A stretch of 62,226 bases of DNA, filler included, from Sphacelaria rigidula (Eukaryota), in the NCBI GenBank assembly GCA_964200075.2. It is 11 parts of 11 records of this genome, joined end to end, with 100 filler letters (N's around TTAATTAATTAA, not from the genome) between each part and the next. Parts side by side here need not be neighbours in the genome. Positions count along the whole stretch, not along the records: positions 45,331 to 50,896 come from CAXNAA020026281.1; positions 50,997 to 56,561 come from CAXNAA020026282.1; positions 56,662 to 62,226 come from CAXNAA020026283.1; 8 more parts are not named here. One strand, 5' to 3'. The notes under the pieces were generated by a model. That model searched no databases. It saw only the letters and a program-made list of their open reading frames with translations, and was not told where the DNA came from. The translations under genes were made by a program, and so were the position numbers. Every line of letters starts with the position of its first letter. The stretch's first letter is position 1. This document shows positions 50,043 to 62,226 of this stretch, piece by piece.

Positions 50043-50896
50043 CGCTGAAAACAAAGCCTAGGGATTGATTCGTACGATTCGACTCAGTCATACTAAAACC
50101 AAGTAATGTCCAGACGAATAATTATTTGCCCGACCCTTGGTTGATTTCAACAATTAGCAGACAACTATCTTACGACATGCTGCTCGCCAAAGTGCGACCC
50201 TTTGGACACGTGACCGTAGCGCCTGGTACATGTGGTACATTGTAAAGTTGGTTCTACGGAACACTCATCATCGAGGTCATCATCCTAAGACGTGAAAAAT
50301 GCACATGGCCCAGCGGCGATTCTGACAAAAATAATCTGTCGAAGCACCAGCATGAATACACGCGACTCAATGAATACAATAATATATTTTACGTGGACAC
50401 ACCTTTACCATGGGCAGAATGCGGTCGATCACTTCTCGACCACGTAGGCCACCCGCCCACGCCGCTGCAATGTCCCTGAATACGAGACGGGTACACGGAA
50501 GCACACCTGCCTTACTGCATCACCAAGAGTGTTCGTCTGTTTTGAGGCGGCACACAGATCGATGAACACACACGAACACAGCAAGCAGACTGGGAACAGG
50601 CGAGAAGAAAGCAAACTACAGGGGTTCTCAGTGCAACGCGCCGGTGATGCAAGACTACAACATAACAGAACAGGCCGCCATTAGAGGGTCACAGCTCGTG
50701 TTGAGTCCCTTCACGACGATACACTGGCGAAATACCATCGGCAAGGAACCACATGTCTACCCTCCGTGAATCTCGCGTGTTGCGTTCTTCCTATCTAAGA
50801 AACACGTTAAATATGCTTCACTTTTGACAGCGAGGATTCCACGGTTAGGACGAATCATCACGACTAACCATCATCAAATTCACGATTTCTTCGGCC

Positions 50897-50996
50897 NNNN
50901 NNNNNNNNNNNNNNNNNNNNNNNNNNNNNNNNNNNNNNNNTTAATTAATTAANNNNNNNNNNNNNNNNNNNNNNNNNNNNNNNNNNNNNNNNNNNN
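50897..50996. other. Artificial contig spacer
   Basis: N + TTAATTAATTAA + N. Confidence 0.99.
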
Positions 50997-52475
50997 ATAA
51001 GAGGCTCCTAACAATTCTAACCTCAGAAATTATTTCTGTACCCCTACCGTAGCATCACTCAAGACCAAAATGAGGGCATGTACCGGGGAAAACATGGGCC
51101 CATCCCTTGAGGCCGCGGACTCATCCTGAGGAAGGGAAAGGGTTCAAAGTGTGTATAAAACACGAAAAATGATGTGGATAAAATATCTCGAAAGATCACT
51201 ACAGGCACCGCGTTGCTTCATATCCAGATGAGTATTCATCAAAGAGGCCATTCTCCGAACCTTGGGGCCAAGCGAATCGGAAAACGTGGGCTAGACTCCT
51301 GTCGGTGGTGTGATGCAACCCGCCCAAGAAATGTGACGGCGATATTCCCGATTCGGGGGCCAAACACTATTGGCCAAGTGTCCCGAAACTGAAAAGTTTA
51401 AATCAAAATTCTAACCGTCAGAAACGGCCTAACATACAGGAAGAATTGTATCGTCGTACGCCGACAAAAACGTAGGAATAGCGCTCGTCGAACAGCGGCA
51501 ATTTGTCGCTACTACGGCCGCGGCGACACCAAGGGGCATGTAAAAGTGTGGCCCGGAGGGACCCGCATGCTGTATTCCCACGAGGCTGGACGTGGCAATG
51601 GTGCCGAAGGTCTATTACGAGGTATGAGGACAAAGCTTACACTCACAGCGATACACTTGTAGAGAGACGCAGCTGCTGCGGAATAGCATCTGTGTGTCCA
51701 TCAACTTCCCGTGCTACGTTTAGCGCGTATGCGGGCACGTGCAAGCTGAAACCGTACCATTTCGCAAGAGTTCACGAACAATCCTGAGGGTCGTTCGACG
51801 TGTTACCCATCGCTGCTGTGCCATAGTGGTCCCCGTCGCGCTGGCGAAGACGCGTAATTGTCAGGTTGTGACGGCAAAACAAGGGTCTCCGTTTCGTGCT
51901 TTGAGGCAATACTAGGCCAAGATGGCTAATCGATAGATGTGACCCTCACTGCTGTTGGAGTTCAACGCATTTCGAAGAGATACCGCTAGTTCGTCGTGAA
52001 CCCAAACATGTCTTGGGATGAAAAACAGTGTGCATTCGGCTGCAGTGCAGCCTCTCCTACCGTTCTCAGTATATAACGTGCATTTATCGACGGACGTTGT
52101 CGGTTGTTCACCATACACGGAAAGGACGGGAAAAAAATGAAACACGAGATACAAGACGGGGAGAAGAAAAAAAAACGAGGCAGAGGAAGGGAAAGCACAT
52201 TCTCCACATCACACTGGAAAGAAACACTCCTGCAACTAACAACGTAAAATGAATACTGAAGCACATGCCAATGCATTTTCACACAAATAGCGCCCGCCAC
52301 CCGCAGACGATACGTATGCCACACGATACACTCCACGGTAGACAGTTCGCACAGAGTTCACAGATGTCTAGAACAAATAATTATATACATACCATATGAT
52401 GCTCACAAAACGCACTCATCCGTGCGTACAAAAGCAACAAAAACCATGGTGACAACATGCGAGAAAAATGAACAG

Positions 52476-52769
52476 TCAATACCGATATCTTACTCTATCC
52501 CAAAACTCGCAAACGCAATCGCGCTGAGACTCCTTGACCTCAGGCCGACTGTTGATATCTAAAAACAACGCTGCCCGGTCCCCGCCGCCCGCCACTCCCT
52601 CTGACCAGGCATCCGCGAAAACGCCAGAAGGCGAAAATTCTCCACCTCCGCCTGCGGCGATAATTGCCGCAATTGCCGCGGCTCCTGTGGTATCCTCGTA
52701 ACCTATATTTCGGCCTTTTCCCCACGCTGGCCAGAGTACCGGTGCATGAGAGCTGTTTGGGTCTCCGGC
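52476..52769 (-). CDS. Type-B carboxylesterase, terminal exon
   Basis: tag|GCC GGA GAC CCA AAC; AGDPNSSHAPVLWPAW...ALFLDINSRPEVKESQRDCVCEFWDRVRYRY*. Confidence 0.88.
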   Translation of the reverse strand, partial: AGDPNSSHAPVLWPAWGKGRNIGYEDTTGAAAIAAIIAAGGGGEFSPSGVFADAWSEGVAGGGDRAALFLDINSRPEVKESQRDCVCEFWDRVRYRY

Positions 52770-53431
52770 CTAGGAATAGAGGGGCGAGTCGGGGCGTTTG
52801 AACAGGTCAGGGGTTAGGGGTGAGGGTTGTTTTGACTAGGCTGCGGCTTCCCTTCCGTAAACAGTTTGGCCAGTTTCGTATATGGCCTGGTCGGCTGTTG
52901 TCTATTTGCTGTAGGTATCTCCATGAAGCTGACCATCATACACATTCCATCGTGTGCAGTCTATGACGTGACGTGCATGTAACATGTTCGTGCAATACGC
53001 ACTACTAGAGCAAGGCCACACCACCGGAGGTCAGACACAGTAGACGCCATTGGCCATGTAAAATACTTGACGGTCATCCAAAGCGAAACAAGGAAAAACG
53101 GCACCATCAGGGCTGTGTTGAGGATGTGACAACAGTGTGCACAGATCATCAGGCAAACTCACTTGACAGGAGAAACAGATTCAAAATGACTAGGCACCTT
53201 GCCTGCTGTCCTGACCATACTTATCCAACAGGGGGAATGCGTCGACCAGCTACCTGGAGTATCCGTATCATGGAGAAAACTTGGGACACACGCCTCGCGC
53301 AGCGCGTGCGAGAACATGAAGGACAAAATACTGCCTCTGCCACACTACGCAGCAGGAAAGCCCCCGATGAGGAAGATACCACGGGCAGATGCAGGCAATC
53401 GTGACAAAAAAAAAAGAGCCCTCTACCTCAC

Positions 53432-54379
53432 CTTTCCAAAGCTCGCCCAATACCACGACATAGCATCGCCCACCCTGGCATCCATTTCAGCCGCCGCTTC
53501 AACGGTCGGTCGTCGTGGGTTGAGTATCGGCTCATGATCTGCAGATGAGCACGAATCCGACGGGTCCGCATCTTCCCTGCCTGCATCCGCTGCTGCTGAT
53601 GGAGCTTCTCCGCCCCCCGCCGCGCAACCATCAACCCCCGCTGCTGCTTCTTGCGGCTCTCCTCCGATACCCATCCCGGAAGCCCGATCTCTTGGACTCT
53701 CTTGCACGTCAATATCCTTTATTACGGACTCCCCCGCCCCCATCCCCCCTGCCCCCGCCCCCGCCTCCGCCCTCGCGATAGGGTCACGACTACCGCTACC
53801 GTCGCCGAGATCCCGTGAGTATTTTCCCGCTGCCGTCGCTAACTTCACGTCCCCCGAATGCTCGGCGACACCCTCCCCCGCCGACGCCGCAGCAACGTCC
53901 TCCCCCTTGAAGGCACCTCCGTCCCCGCTGGCTTGCGTAGCACCTGAAACAAGAGCCGCTACATCACCAGCCGCGGACGCCGCTACGCCGGCTACGCCTT
54001 GGCCGGCGGCGGCAGCAACCTCCTCCCCTGGGGAGGCAGTGACAGCGGCTGCGTCGTTCTTAAACTCGTCCACCCCGGTGTCGGCACATTTCTCCCTCTC
54101 CCTCCCGCCACCACCACCGAACAACCGGCGGAGGCCGAAGCCGCTCTGCACTGCCGTCACGACTCCCCATTGCACCCCTCCCCATGCGCTGCCAACCAAA
54201 TTCGCGGGGTTCAATGACCGTTGGGAGGAGTCGGGGACGCTGCCACCGTCTTTCGTGTATCCCCCATCTGCGCCGCTACCTTTGGCAGTGGCCTCGCCGC
54301 TGGGTGTTGTTGACGATGTAGGGGGAGCCGTGCGTCCGCTGTGCTCATGGTAGCTATATTGTTCACGGATTACGTCCAA
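53432..54379 (-). CDS. Type-B carboxylesterase, penultimate exon with a large Ala/Gly-rich insertion
   Basis: cag|TTG...AAG|gtgagg, 948 bp, phase 0-0; ends VGDAMSWYWASFGK (MxxYWxNFA-type motif). Confidence 0.85.
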
Positions 54380-54956
54380 CTGTTCTTGCCCGTAATACAC
54401 GAGGGGTTGGGGTGGTGGGTGGTGGCGAGGGATCAGCGTTGCGAGGATGTCGCGGCTAGAGAGTCAAGGCGGAATATGATGTGATGTCGCTGTCTTCAGA
54501 ATCATTCGGGTCATGGAGAGGGTAACCGAGCAACGGACGAATGGTACCATCGCCGGCCCTCGGGATATAAAATGTATCCTACATATTCATACGGCTTTTG
54601 CGCGGCGAAATATTCGTGACCACCTGCGCGATGCCGGCCAAGACACAGGCTGGGTCACGGTTAAGCAGCACCTGATAGTCAAGCGTCTAACCCCCTCGAA
54701 ATCATGACTTTTCCCCAAGCAGCAGACTTGAAAAAATGAAATAAAATTCGCACCGGTGGTTTCAGTAAGCCACACAGCAACAACCAAAGATTGTCCACAG
54801 CACCGCATGGGAGAAAGAAAAACGAAACACTTCATCAACAGGAGAGCACACACACATTCCCATCAATACATCTAGAGAGGCAAAGAAAAAACAGCGACGA
54901 AAAAGTCGAAAATGCTCAACATCTTGCATGCCACCTTAAAATCCAAATGACCTCAC

Positions 54957-55082
54957 GTTGTTGAAGACGAAAGGCAGCTCCGCCGTATGGCAAGAAACGC
55001 CGGAGCAAGCGGGAAACCCGAGCACTTCTGTGGGGTGGCTGAACTCGTACACGAACACGGGCGCAGCTCGCCCGTGTTGTTC
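54957..55082 (-). CDS. Type-B carboxylesterase exon carrying the catalytic His
   Basis: cag|GAA...AAC|gtgagg; PVFVYEFSHPTEVLGFPACSGVSCHTAELPFVFNN. Confidence 0.92.
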
Positions 55083-55301
55083 CTGCACACGGAACAATGG
55101 AGCGACAAAACGACACACCTCAGGACGTTTGGTAGGTGGGTAAAGACCGAATGGTTCAGGCCTCTTCTTTCCAGACCTTGGACGACGATTTCCTCCTCAA
55201 CCGCCGTACCCTGCAAGACTCGTCGACTACCTCGAATAACTCGCGAAATCCGAAGGGGGTATGTAGCCCACAACGGCGCAGCCGCACTTGTGCACTTGTG
55301 C

Positions 55302-55304
<3 letters not shown>

Positions 55305-55333
<29 letters not shown>
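55305..55333. repeat. (TG)n microsatellite
   Basis: Read directly from the sequence. Confidence 0.95.
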
Positions 55334-56030
55334 CTTGAGTACACGTGTGCGTCTATATCCATGTGAACAAATGGCCACACAGACGACCACTGTTAATGGT
55401 CGTCAGGCATGATGATGCTCTAAACAAGTTAGCTCAAAATGCCGTGTGAGCCAGGTGCCTCCATTTTGTGGCATGCTTGTGGACTTGATTCAATACCTCT
55501 GAAGCCATTCCTCTAGCACAACTTCATCGTTGCCCGGAAGGACTGGTGTTCGGTGACGAAAACCAGGCGCTTCACGCGATATACAACCCCGCATGGGGGT
55601 GGGCGCGTTTGATGCTCTCGAGTCCTTGGAGCACTGCGTGCGGGGGGCGTCATGTGCTCCGGAGGCATTTTTTCGCACTATTCGTACAAAAAGAAGGTAG
55701 ATATCCTCTCGGCGTAGCGGCAAACGCGCCGGACATCCTCAAGGGAGCGGTGGGACGCGAAGGGGCCGCGTTATAATAATACATCCATCACACGTTCAGG
55801 ACAGTCTTCGAAATTTCACGTGATCATGAGATCACGGTGCTTGAACCAAAAACCACAAGCGCGATTGGCGTGAGAAGCAACAAATCTAGTGGGATCATGA
55901 TGTGCACGTGCTGCACCTAGTACATTTCTTCTGGCCGTACTCCTGGAGGAGGCCCAGAATTAAGTCACTGCGGTTCACTCGGAGGGAACGTCGGACGACG
56001 CGAGAGCAGCGGCACAGCAAAGCCTTGGAC

Positions 56031-56386
56031 CGTCTTGTATGGCAACCAATCCGTAGTTGTACAAACATGATCATTTCAGCCCGTCTTCATCCGATTTTCT
56101 CCCGTGGATTGATTTTTCGGACCCAAGTCCGTTGGGCAATGTTTTCCGCCTAGCTCTGAGGAAACCAGACCGGTTTTCTGATTCTCTGGGCGCTGACTTC
56201 TCCCGGTCTAAACAGAAAGGTGATGAACCAAAAGTTAGCGTCCAGAGAATCGGCGAACTGGTCTGGTTTCCTCAGAGCTAGGCGGAAAACATTGCCCAAC
56301 GGACTGGGGTCCGAAAAACCAATCTACGGGAGAAAATCGAACGAAGATGGGCTGATACCCTCATATTTTGGTTGCCATACAAGATG
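56031..56386. repeat. ~355-bp foldback palindrome (MITE-like)
   Basis: cttgtatggcaacca...ccgttgggcaatgttttccgcctagctctgaggaaaccagacc mirrors ggtctggtttcctcagagctaggcggaaaacattgcccaacgg...tggttgccatacaag. Confidence 0.9.
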
Positions 56387-56561
56387 ATCTTATGGTGCAA
56401 ACGATCCATGACCCGAAAAATTGCCTACGAGCTGGGCCAGCTTAAAAGCTGCTCAAAGTTGTTCACACCACAGCTTCCCCAGTTTCCCGAATCAACCCGA
56501 TGTGAGCATATCACTGTGAACTGCTGTCCCACCTGATGACAAAGGACTGCGTCGCTGTTCG

Positions 56562-56661
56562 NNNNNNNNNNNNNNNNNNNNNNNNNNNNNNNNNNNNNNN
56601 NNNNNTTAATTAATTAANNNNNNNNNNNNNNNNNNNNNNNNNNNNNNNNNNNNNNNNNNNN
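56562..56661. other. Artificial contig spacer
   Basis: N + TTAATTAATTAA + N. Confidence 0.99.
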
Positions 56662-57266
56662 GTGTCGATGAGATATTGCTTTTAGAGCTTAAATCCGTTT
56701 CTAGGCTGGCCCAGCTCGTACAAATATATATATATTTGGCATCCAAAGATTTAAAGTTGACGCATGCTGCCGACGTTTCCTGTTTTGGTAGTGAAGAACG
56801 TTTAAAAAAAGAGTTCGCATTTGAGTTTGTGCACGTCCCAGGTTTGACACATTTTCCTTTTCTGACGAATGTGCAGAGTCGAGGTATGCGCTCATTCGAT
56901 CGAAACACACAGAATAGTGATCGTAGAAATGAAGACAGTATAACCGATACCACACCCGGCCCGCTGTGATCAACTACCTCTTGCACGACGACGAAAGATA
57001 TTCACGAGACAGCTGTATCACCGCATGCCGCCGCTGCTATGATGTCAATTTACACACTATCCGCTGCTGTACATCATGTGTCCACTGCTGTCCACTTGAG
57101 ACTACCGTAGGTTGCTTGAGATACCACACCCTCAGGGGCGATTTTCAAAGCTCGATTTCTTTTCCTCGACGAGATGTTTGCAACACAGCCCAGTTCAGCC
57201 CTGGAATCGCTTCTGATGAGGAGTAAGTGAGCTTTGAAAATCTGTCTAGGGGATGTGGTATCTTAA

Positions 57267-57364
57267 CCCTTGGACCGCGAGGGTAGTCCATCTGAATCAT
57301 GCATACTTTTTTCAAGTGAAATTGATGCCGACTCAACAGATGACCCACCCTTGGGGTCAAAGGG
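57267..57364. mobile_element. 98-bp piggyBac-like MITE
   Basis: TTAA|CCCTTGGACCGCGAGGGT...ACCCTTGGGGTCAAAGGG|CTAA. Confidence 0.8.
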
Positions 57365-57648
57365 CTAAGCGTCCTACAATAGTGAGTGAGGGTGTCAGTA
57401 TGCCGGTGTACTGCTCGGTCTTGTACACTAGGGCCATACGAAAACAGCCGTATCGTATCGAATATCGATACTCGATACGTATCGTGTCATTTTCGGAATA
57501 TCGACAAAAATATCGGTATCAGCAGCTGTGGCTCGATATCCGAAGAAAATCTATCGAACTTTACTCTCGGGCCGATACGCAACCCTGCAATGAAGGCTGC
57601 GATTGCCAAACAATAGACAACCCAGAAAGAGACATAAAAACAATAAAA

Positions 57649-57948
57649 AACAACGCTTTCGTGAGATTGAGAGTAAAGCGCTGATTGAGAGTGGTTTTGA
57701 TTATTCGCTTCAGCTTGGCCAATTTTTCATTCCATGTGTGCTTTTCTTTGCCTCCATCACTTGCGTGAGCTCACAGCTGCACGTCGATATCCTACTCAGA
57801 GATATTAAGGGCCTCAGTGGGAACCTACTGCAGAAAGCATAGTGGGCTTCGTGGAGGGGCATTTCGGAAATGAAACGATCCATTCACTAATTGACCGCTC
57901 TTCACTCTCAATCGTATCCTCTACTCTCAATTTCACGAAAACGCTGTC
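57649..57948. mobile_element. ~300-bp MITE, TIR ~AACAGTGTTTTCGTGAGATTGAGAGT
   Basis: Inverted termini; full-length reverse-complement homologue at 61330-61629. Confidence 0.85.
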
Positions 57949-58012
57949 AAAACTGCTAGTCAAAGACGCACCGAACTCCGAGAAATCGAAGCATTTGTTT
58001 TGCTGTTGTTTC

Positions 58013-58830
58013 TAACGCTCTCACTGATTGGACGCCTACGCTGTAAGGGAAACTGATCGCGTTACCGCTTCAACTTGAGTGCGTTGCACATAAACAGCCA
58101 TATATGGTCCAAAGGAAACTCCAGCCTGAAGTAAACATCGACGCTTTTGTTGCGTTCTGGTCGTGTTTGCATGTAAGATTGAAGCTTCCATTTTTTAGAA
58201 TCAAAACGTCAGGACCACCAGTCCAATTTACCAAAAATAGACGGCCATGACAGACACAATGAAATTCGGCTCCAAGATTCACCGAACCGCGGGAAATCGG
58301 CTGTTAAATTTACCGAGCTCCGAACTCCGAACTCCGGGAAATCGAATCTAAGGAACACAGGAAGGCCGACGAAAAAAGCGCCGTGCGAATGGCTGCAAAC
58401 AGGTAACAACGAACACAGCGTCTATGATTGTAGTTGATTGAAATCGAAGCAAAGAGAGGCCAGCAAAAAAGGGCGCCGGGCGGTAAGCTGCATTTTTTTA
58501 TTGTACTTGCTTACGCTCTCACTGATTGGACGCCTACGCTGAAAGGAAAACTAAGCGCGTTACCGCTTCAATGCGAGTGCGTTGCACATATACTCGAGTC
58601 AACGTGGAATCTTGTCCTCGTCTAAGGTGAACGGTGATGGGAAATCATTGCACAACCTGATCAACCTTACGTTATTACGTGTTTTGCGCAATACAGCCAC
58701 ACATATACAGCAACATGGTCCAAAGAAAACTCTAGCCCGAAGGGGACAGATACGCTCTTCTTGCGTTCTGGTGTCACTTGTGTTCATCGCGTGTATGCAT
58801 GTATATTTGAAATTTCCGTTTTTCATAATC
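58013..58830. repeat. Degenerate ~500-bp-period duplication
   Basis: acgctctcactgattggacgcctacgctg at ~58015 and ~58513, with further shared blocks downstream. Confidence 0.75.
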
Positions 58831-59804
58831 AAATTTTCGTTTTCGGATTCAAAGTGTCAGATCCACCATCAGGGGTCCGCGTATTGCCCATTACGCGCAA
58901 ACTTTTATGCACTGACTGCTTGGGTCGAAGGTCGAATCTCCCCCTCGTCGAACGTGAACGGTGATGGGAAAACATTGCACTAGCTCATCAAGCTTTCGAA
59001 AGTGAAAAATGTTGCAGGGTGGCGTGAAGCTGAAGGGGTTTGTTGAGTGTACTATTTCAAGAGCAGGTCTAATGGTCCCACTTGCACGGGAGCGTTCACA
59101 CGTAATCTTAGTTAGACCAAGGGTCTGTCGAAAGAAATTTTTCGGACACGGAGGCCTCCCTCCCCCCCCCCCCTTCCGGAGCGCAGTTTTCGAAAATTGT
59201 CATATTTTTAATATTTTTTCTTGTGCTTTTCTTGTGTTTTTGTTTTGTCGTTAAAAATTGTTGAAAGAAACTGATCAACAAACACTGGCAAAAACCGAAA
59301 ACTCTGGCGGGCTTTGCGAAGTTCGTATATTTGCTTCTGCTCCTTGCCCGCCGTGTCCCAATGACCTCCGACGCTGGCAACGCTCACACACATCTATGTA
59401 CAATACACGAGCGCACGGTAGCGACAGCCTGTGGCCGAAGCAGCAGCATTATCTCACGCCTCGCCAAATTTTCCCGGAATACTAGTGATAGATAGTCGAA
59501 GCACACGACACGGAACATGATCCCATAAATGTAATCATGGTACGAGTAGGTGATGAGCTTGGAGGGACGGTGTGTCGGTCATCTCAGCGGTCTCCAAGTC
59601 AAGGATCTCTGTACACGGCAACTGACCGCATCCGCCAACGCCTCAGCAATGAACAGGGGGACAGCAGGCTGAAGATGACATGAATTGCCCACGGCACGTA
59701 CGTACGAGCTCTTGTCTTCTATTTCGCAAAATTAATCATCATAAGAACAATGGAGATGAGAACTTGCAGCAAGGTTTGATTGCCACCCAGACACTTTCCA
59801 CGAT

Positions 59805-59851
<47 letters not shown>

Positions 59852-60634
59852 AACCAGGCTCACCTCCCACAGATAGACGTAACTCAAAGTGCATTAAAAT
59901 ATCTTCGCGCGGAGCGCGATTTTGGCCGAGTGCTTAAAAATCGCCACTGGGCAAATATCGAGGGCCCACCCGAAATAAGGAAAGGAACTATCGAATGAGA
60001 TGTGTCCTGTATCACTGTGGTGCAGCACAAACACACTCATGCTCTGTCTTGTGTGCTGTAGCTGTCGCTGCGCTGTGGCGTCTGTCTTCAGGCCTTTGTG
60101 GGGACGGTTTGATCTCCGCTGGGAATTCCTGACTTGCTTTATTTTGTCATTCCGTTCGTATCTTTAAAAAATAATGTTGTCGGCACGCAGTGCTGCTCTC
60201 TACACACTGTACTGCTGAAACGTTCATAGCGTGTTGGCTGTTTCGTCTCGAGTCAAACGAATAAGGCGCTCCCCAAACCCATCATTTCTATGCTTTAGTT
60301 GTCGCTGTACTGTTGTGCATTTAAACACTTCACGGCGATCACAGTGCGATGTGCGCTGGAGAGTGCCTGAGCAGTTGTACTGCTGCATGCTGTATTTCGG
60401 TCTGCACAGAATTGGGGTGGAATCAAAGCACTGACCAAACAAAGAAAGGTGGAAACAATCGTCACGTGACGGCTGTGCAGCTGTCTGTTACGTCTTCTAT
60501 GGTACTTGTCGGGTGCTGTGATCGGGAAAGACACGCAAGGCGGGTGCGTGCAGGTTGGGGCAAACAACCTGAGCCGGCACGGAGCTGCTGTATCCTCGTT
60601 TATTGGTGGTGGCAGCTGTCTGCGTCGCAGCGGC

Positions 60635-61327
60635 GCAATGTGTGGGCCAATCAGAGCTACTTTTCGATTCATATTAAACTGGTTTTTCTCATCTCATTGA
60701 AGGAAGGTCGCCGCGTTTTGGTGTATTTCAATACCATGATTGGTCGGAAAACCTTTCCATTCATAATTCTTGCCCGTATCTGTGGGCCCAGTGCCTGTTC
60801 TGTAGGGTATGGAATTCCTTACAGAACTTACAGAAATATCGGGTACCGGTATGAAAGTCTTGCCGAAATTACAGAACTTGTCGGGTACGGTACGGGAGGC
60901 TTACAGAAAACCGTACCGGCAATTAGGTATTTCTTTCAGGGCATGCCCGCACTCCGGGTACGGACATACATTATGTACAGAACTCACAGAACTGTCGGGC
61001 AAGGGTGTGGGAGGCATACTAAACTCAAAGAAACTGTTGGGCAGGGTACGAAAGCTATACAGAAAACGGAACCCGCAACCGGGTATATCTTATCAAGAGC
61101 ATACCCGTGCCCCCGGTAATGGTACGGGAGGCTTACAGAACTCACAGAACTATCGGATGGGGGTATGAAAGTCTTCAAAACTTTACAGAACTGTCGGGTA
61201 CCGGGATGAAAGCGTCGGGTACGGTAAATACCCGGGAAAATGTCCCGGGTATACAGAAAACCGTACCCTACAGAATACAACCTTGGACTACGAGTCGAAA
61301 AGTAGCTCTGATTGGCCCATAGATTGC
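60635..61327. mobile_element. TIR-bounded element enclosing acagaac/gggtac tandem repeats
   Basis: tgggccaatcagagctacttttcga and tcgaaaagtagctctgattggccca; internal degenerate repeats at ~60800-61280. Confidence 0.7.
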
Positions 61328-61329
61328 GG

Positions 61330-61629
61330 AACAATGTTTTCGTGATATTGAGAGTAGAGGATACGATTGAGAGTGAAAAGCGGTCAAATCGTGACTGAAT
61401 CGTTTTAGTTCCGAAATGCCCCTCCACGAGGGCCGATATACTTTCTGTAGTAGCTTTCCATTGAAGCCCTTGATATCCCTGAGTAGGATATCGACGTGTA
61501 GCTATAAGCACACGCTAGTGATAGAGGCAAAGAACAGCACACACGGAATGAAAAAATCGCCAATTGGAAGCGAGTGACCGAGGCCACCCTCCATCAGCGC
61601 TTTACTCTCAACCTCACGAAAATGTTGTT
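61330..61629. mobile_element. Second full copy of the ~300-bp MITE (opposite orientation)
   Basis: Reverse-complement homologue of 57649-57948. Confidence 0.85.
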
Positions 61630-61913
61630 CTTGGTCATTTCAACCATCATCGAAAGTTTTGAAGATGGTTGAAATCATGACCCATCAGATGGGGAGTTTT
61701 GTTGCCCACCGCACAATTACGATCGAAAACTAATGTACTAAGACACAGCCGGCGTATATCTATCCGCACACGCAGATTCACAGAACCTGCCTGTACGATA
61801 GAACCAGTTCCACAACACGCGTGAGTAGACCCGCAAGTCTACGAACGAACACATTTTTGATTTCACCCACCACGCTCAATAGAGACAACTTACCGTAACA
61901 CGAACAGACCACG

Positions 61914-61946
<33 letters not shown>
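61914..61946. repeat. (CA)n microsatellite
   Basis: Read directly from the sequence. Confidence 0.95.
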
Positions 61947-62226
61947 TGCCGCCTTGCTCGCTCCTTTTCTTCGCTCATTTTGTTTCCTCGATAAGGGCCT
62001 GCCTTAGCACTTTTCTTTTCGATCGAAAAAATGAGCGGTGGAATTGAGTCAAGTGAAAAATTCTCGTTTTGATGCAGTTCCGTCCGGATGGATCTTCAAG
62101 CTTTCGATCGAAAAAATACAGAGAAAGTTGTGAAACGGTACATGGTCTGTACTGTTTGCACTGCTTGCAAGTAGGGAAACTTGAGTGCGTGTGTACGTGC
62201 TTCGTGCAGGAAAAGAAAAAGAAGAA

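Noticed and set aside
53907..54353. Plus-strand Pro/Ala-rich ORFs (also 9075-9872 on minus)
   Set aside because: Antisense shadows of GC-rich exons on the opposite strand.

Overview
This is eukaryotic, intron-rich, repeat-dense DNA, most likely from a brown alga (Phaeophyceae). That assignment is inferred from a brown-algal-type 10-Cys repeat, TTAGGG tracts, a WVDD gypsy RT and the splice signals. It is not one locus. It is 11 unrelated contigs of 5565-5567 bp, sorted by length and joined by artificial 100-nt N/TTAATTAATTAA spacers, so nothing links features across spacers. Most six-frame ORFs are spurious; the real genes are spliced fragments: a tandem Cys-rich exon array, a MARCH6/Doa10-like E3 ligase, an unassigned 3-exon gene piece, a spliced DUF7869/Sola-like DDD transposase, a DGAT2-like last exon, an orphan exon and the 3' end of a type-B carboxylesterase. 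The rest is decayed Ty1/copia, Ty3/gypsy and LINE sequence, a tRNA-derived SINE, several MITE/foldback families and microsatellites. The best novelty candidates are (i) the multi-intron transposase with an apparently intact catalytic triad, (ii) a TGT...ACA Ginger-like MITE carrying an internal telomeric tract, (iii) the homogenised phase-1 Cys-exon array and (iv) a copia family with a TA-starting LTR and variable internal deletions. All family assignments come from motif recognition by eye, with no database searches. I see no convincing multi-gene novel system.
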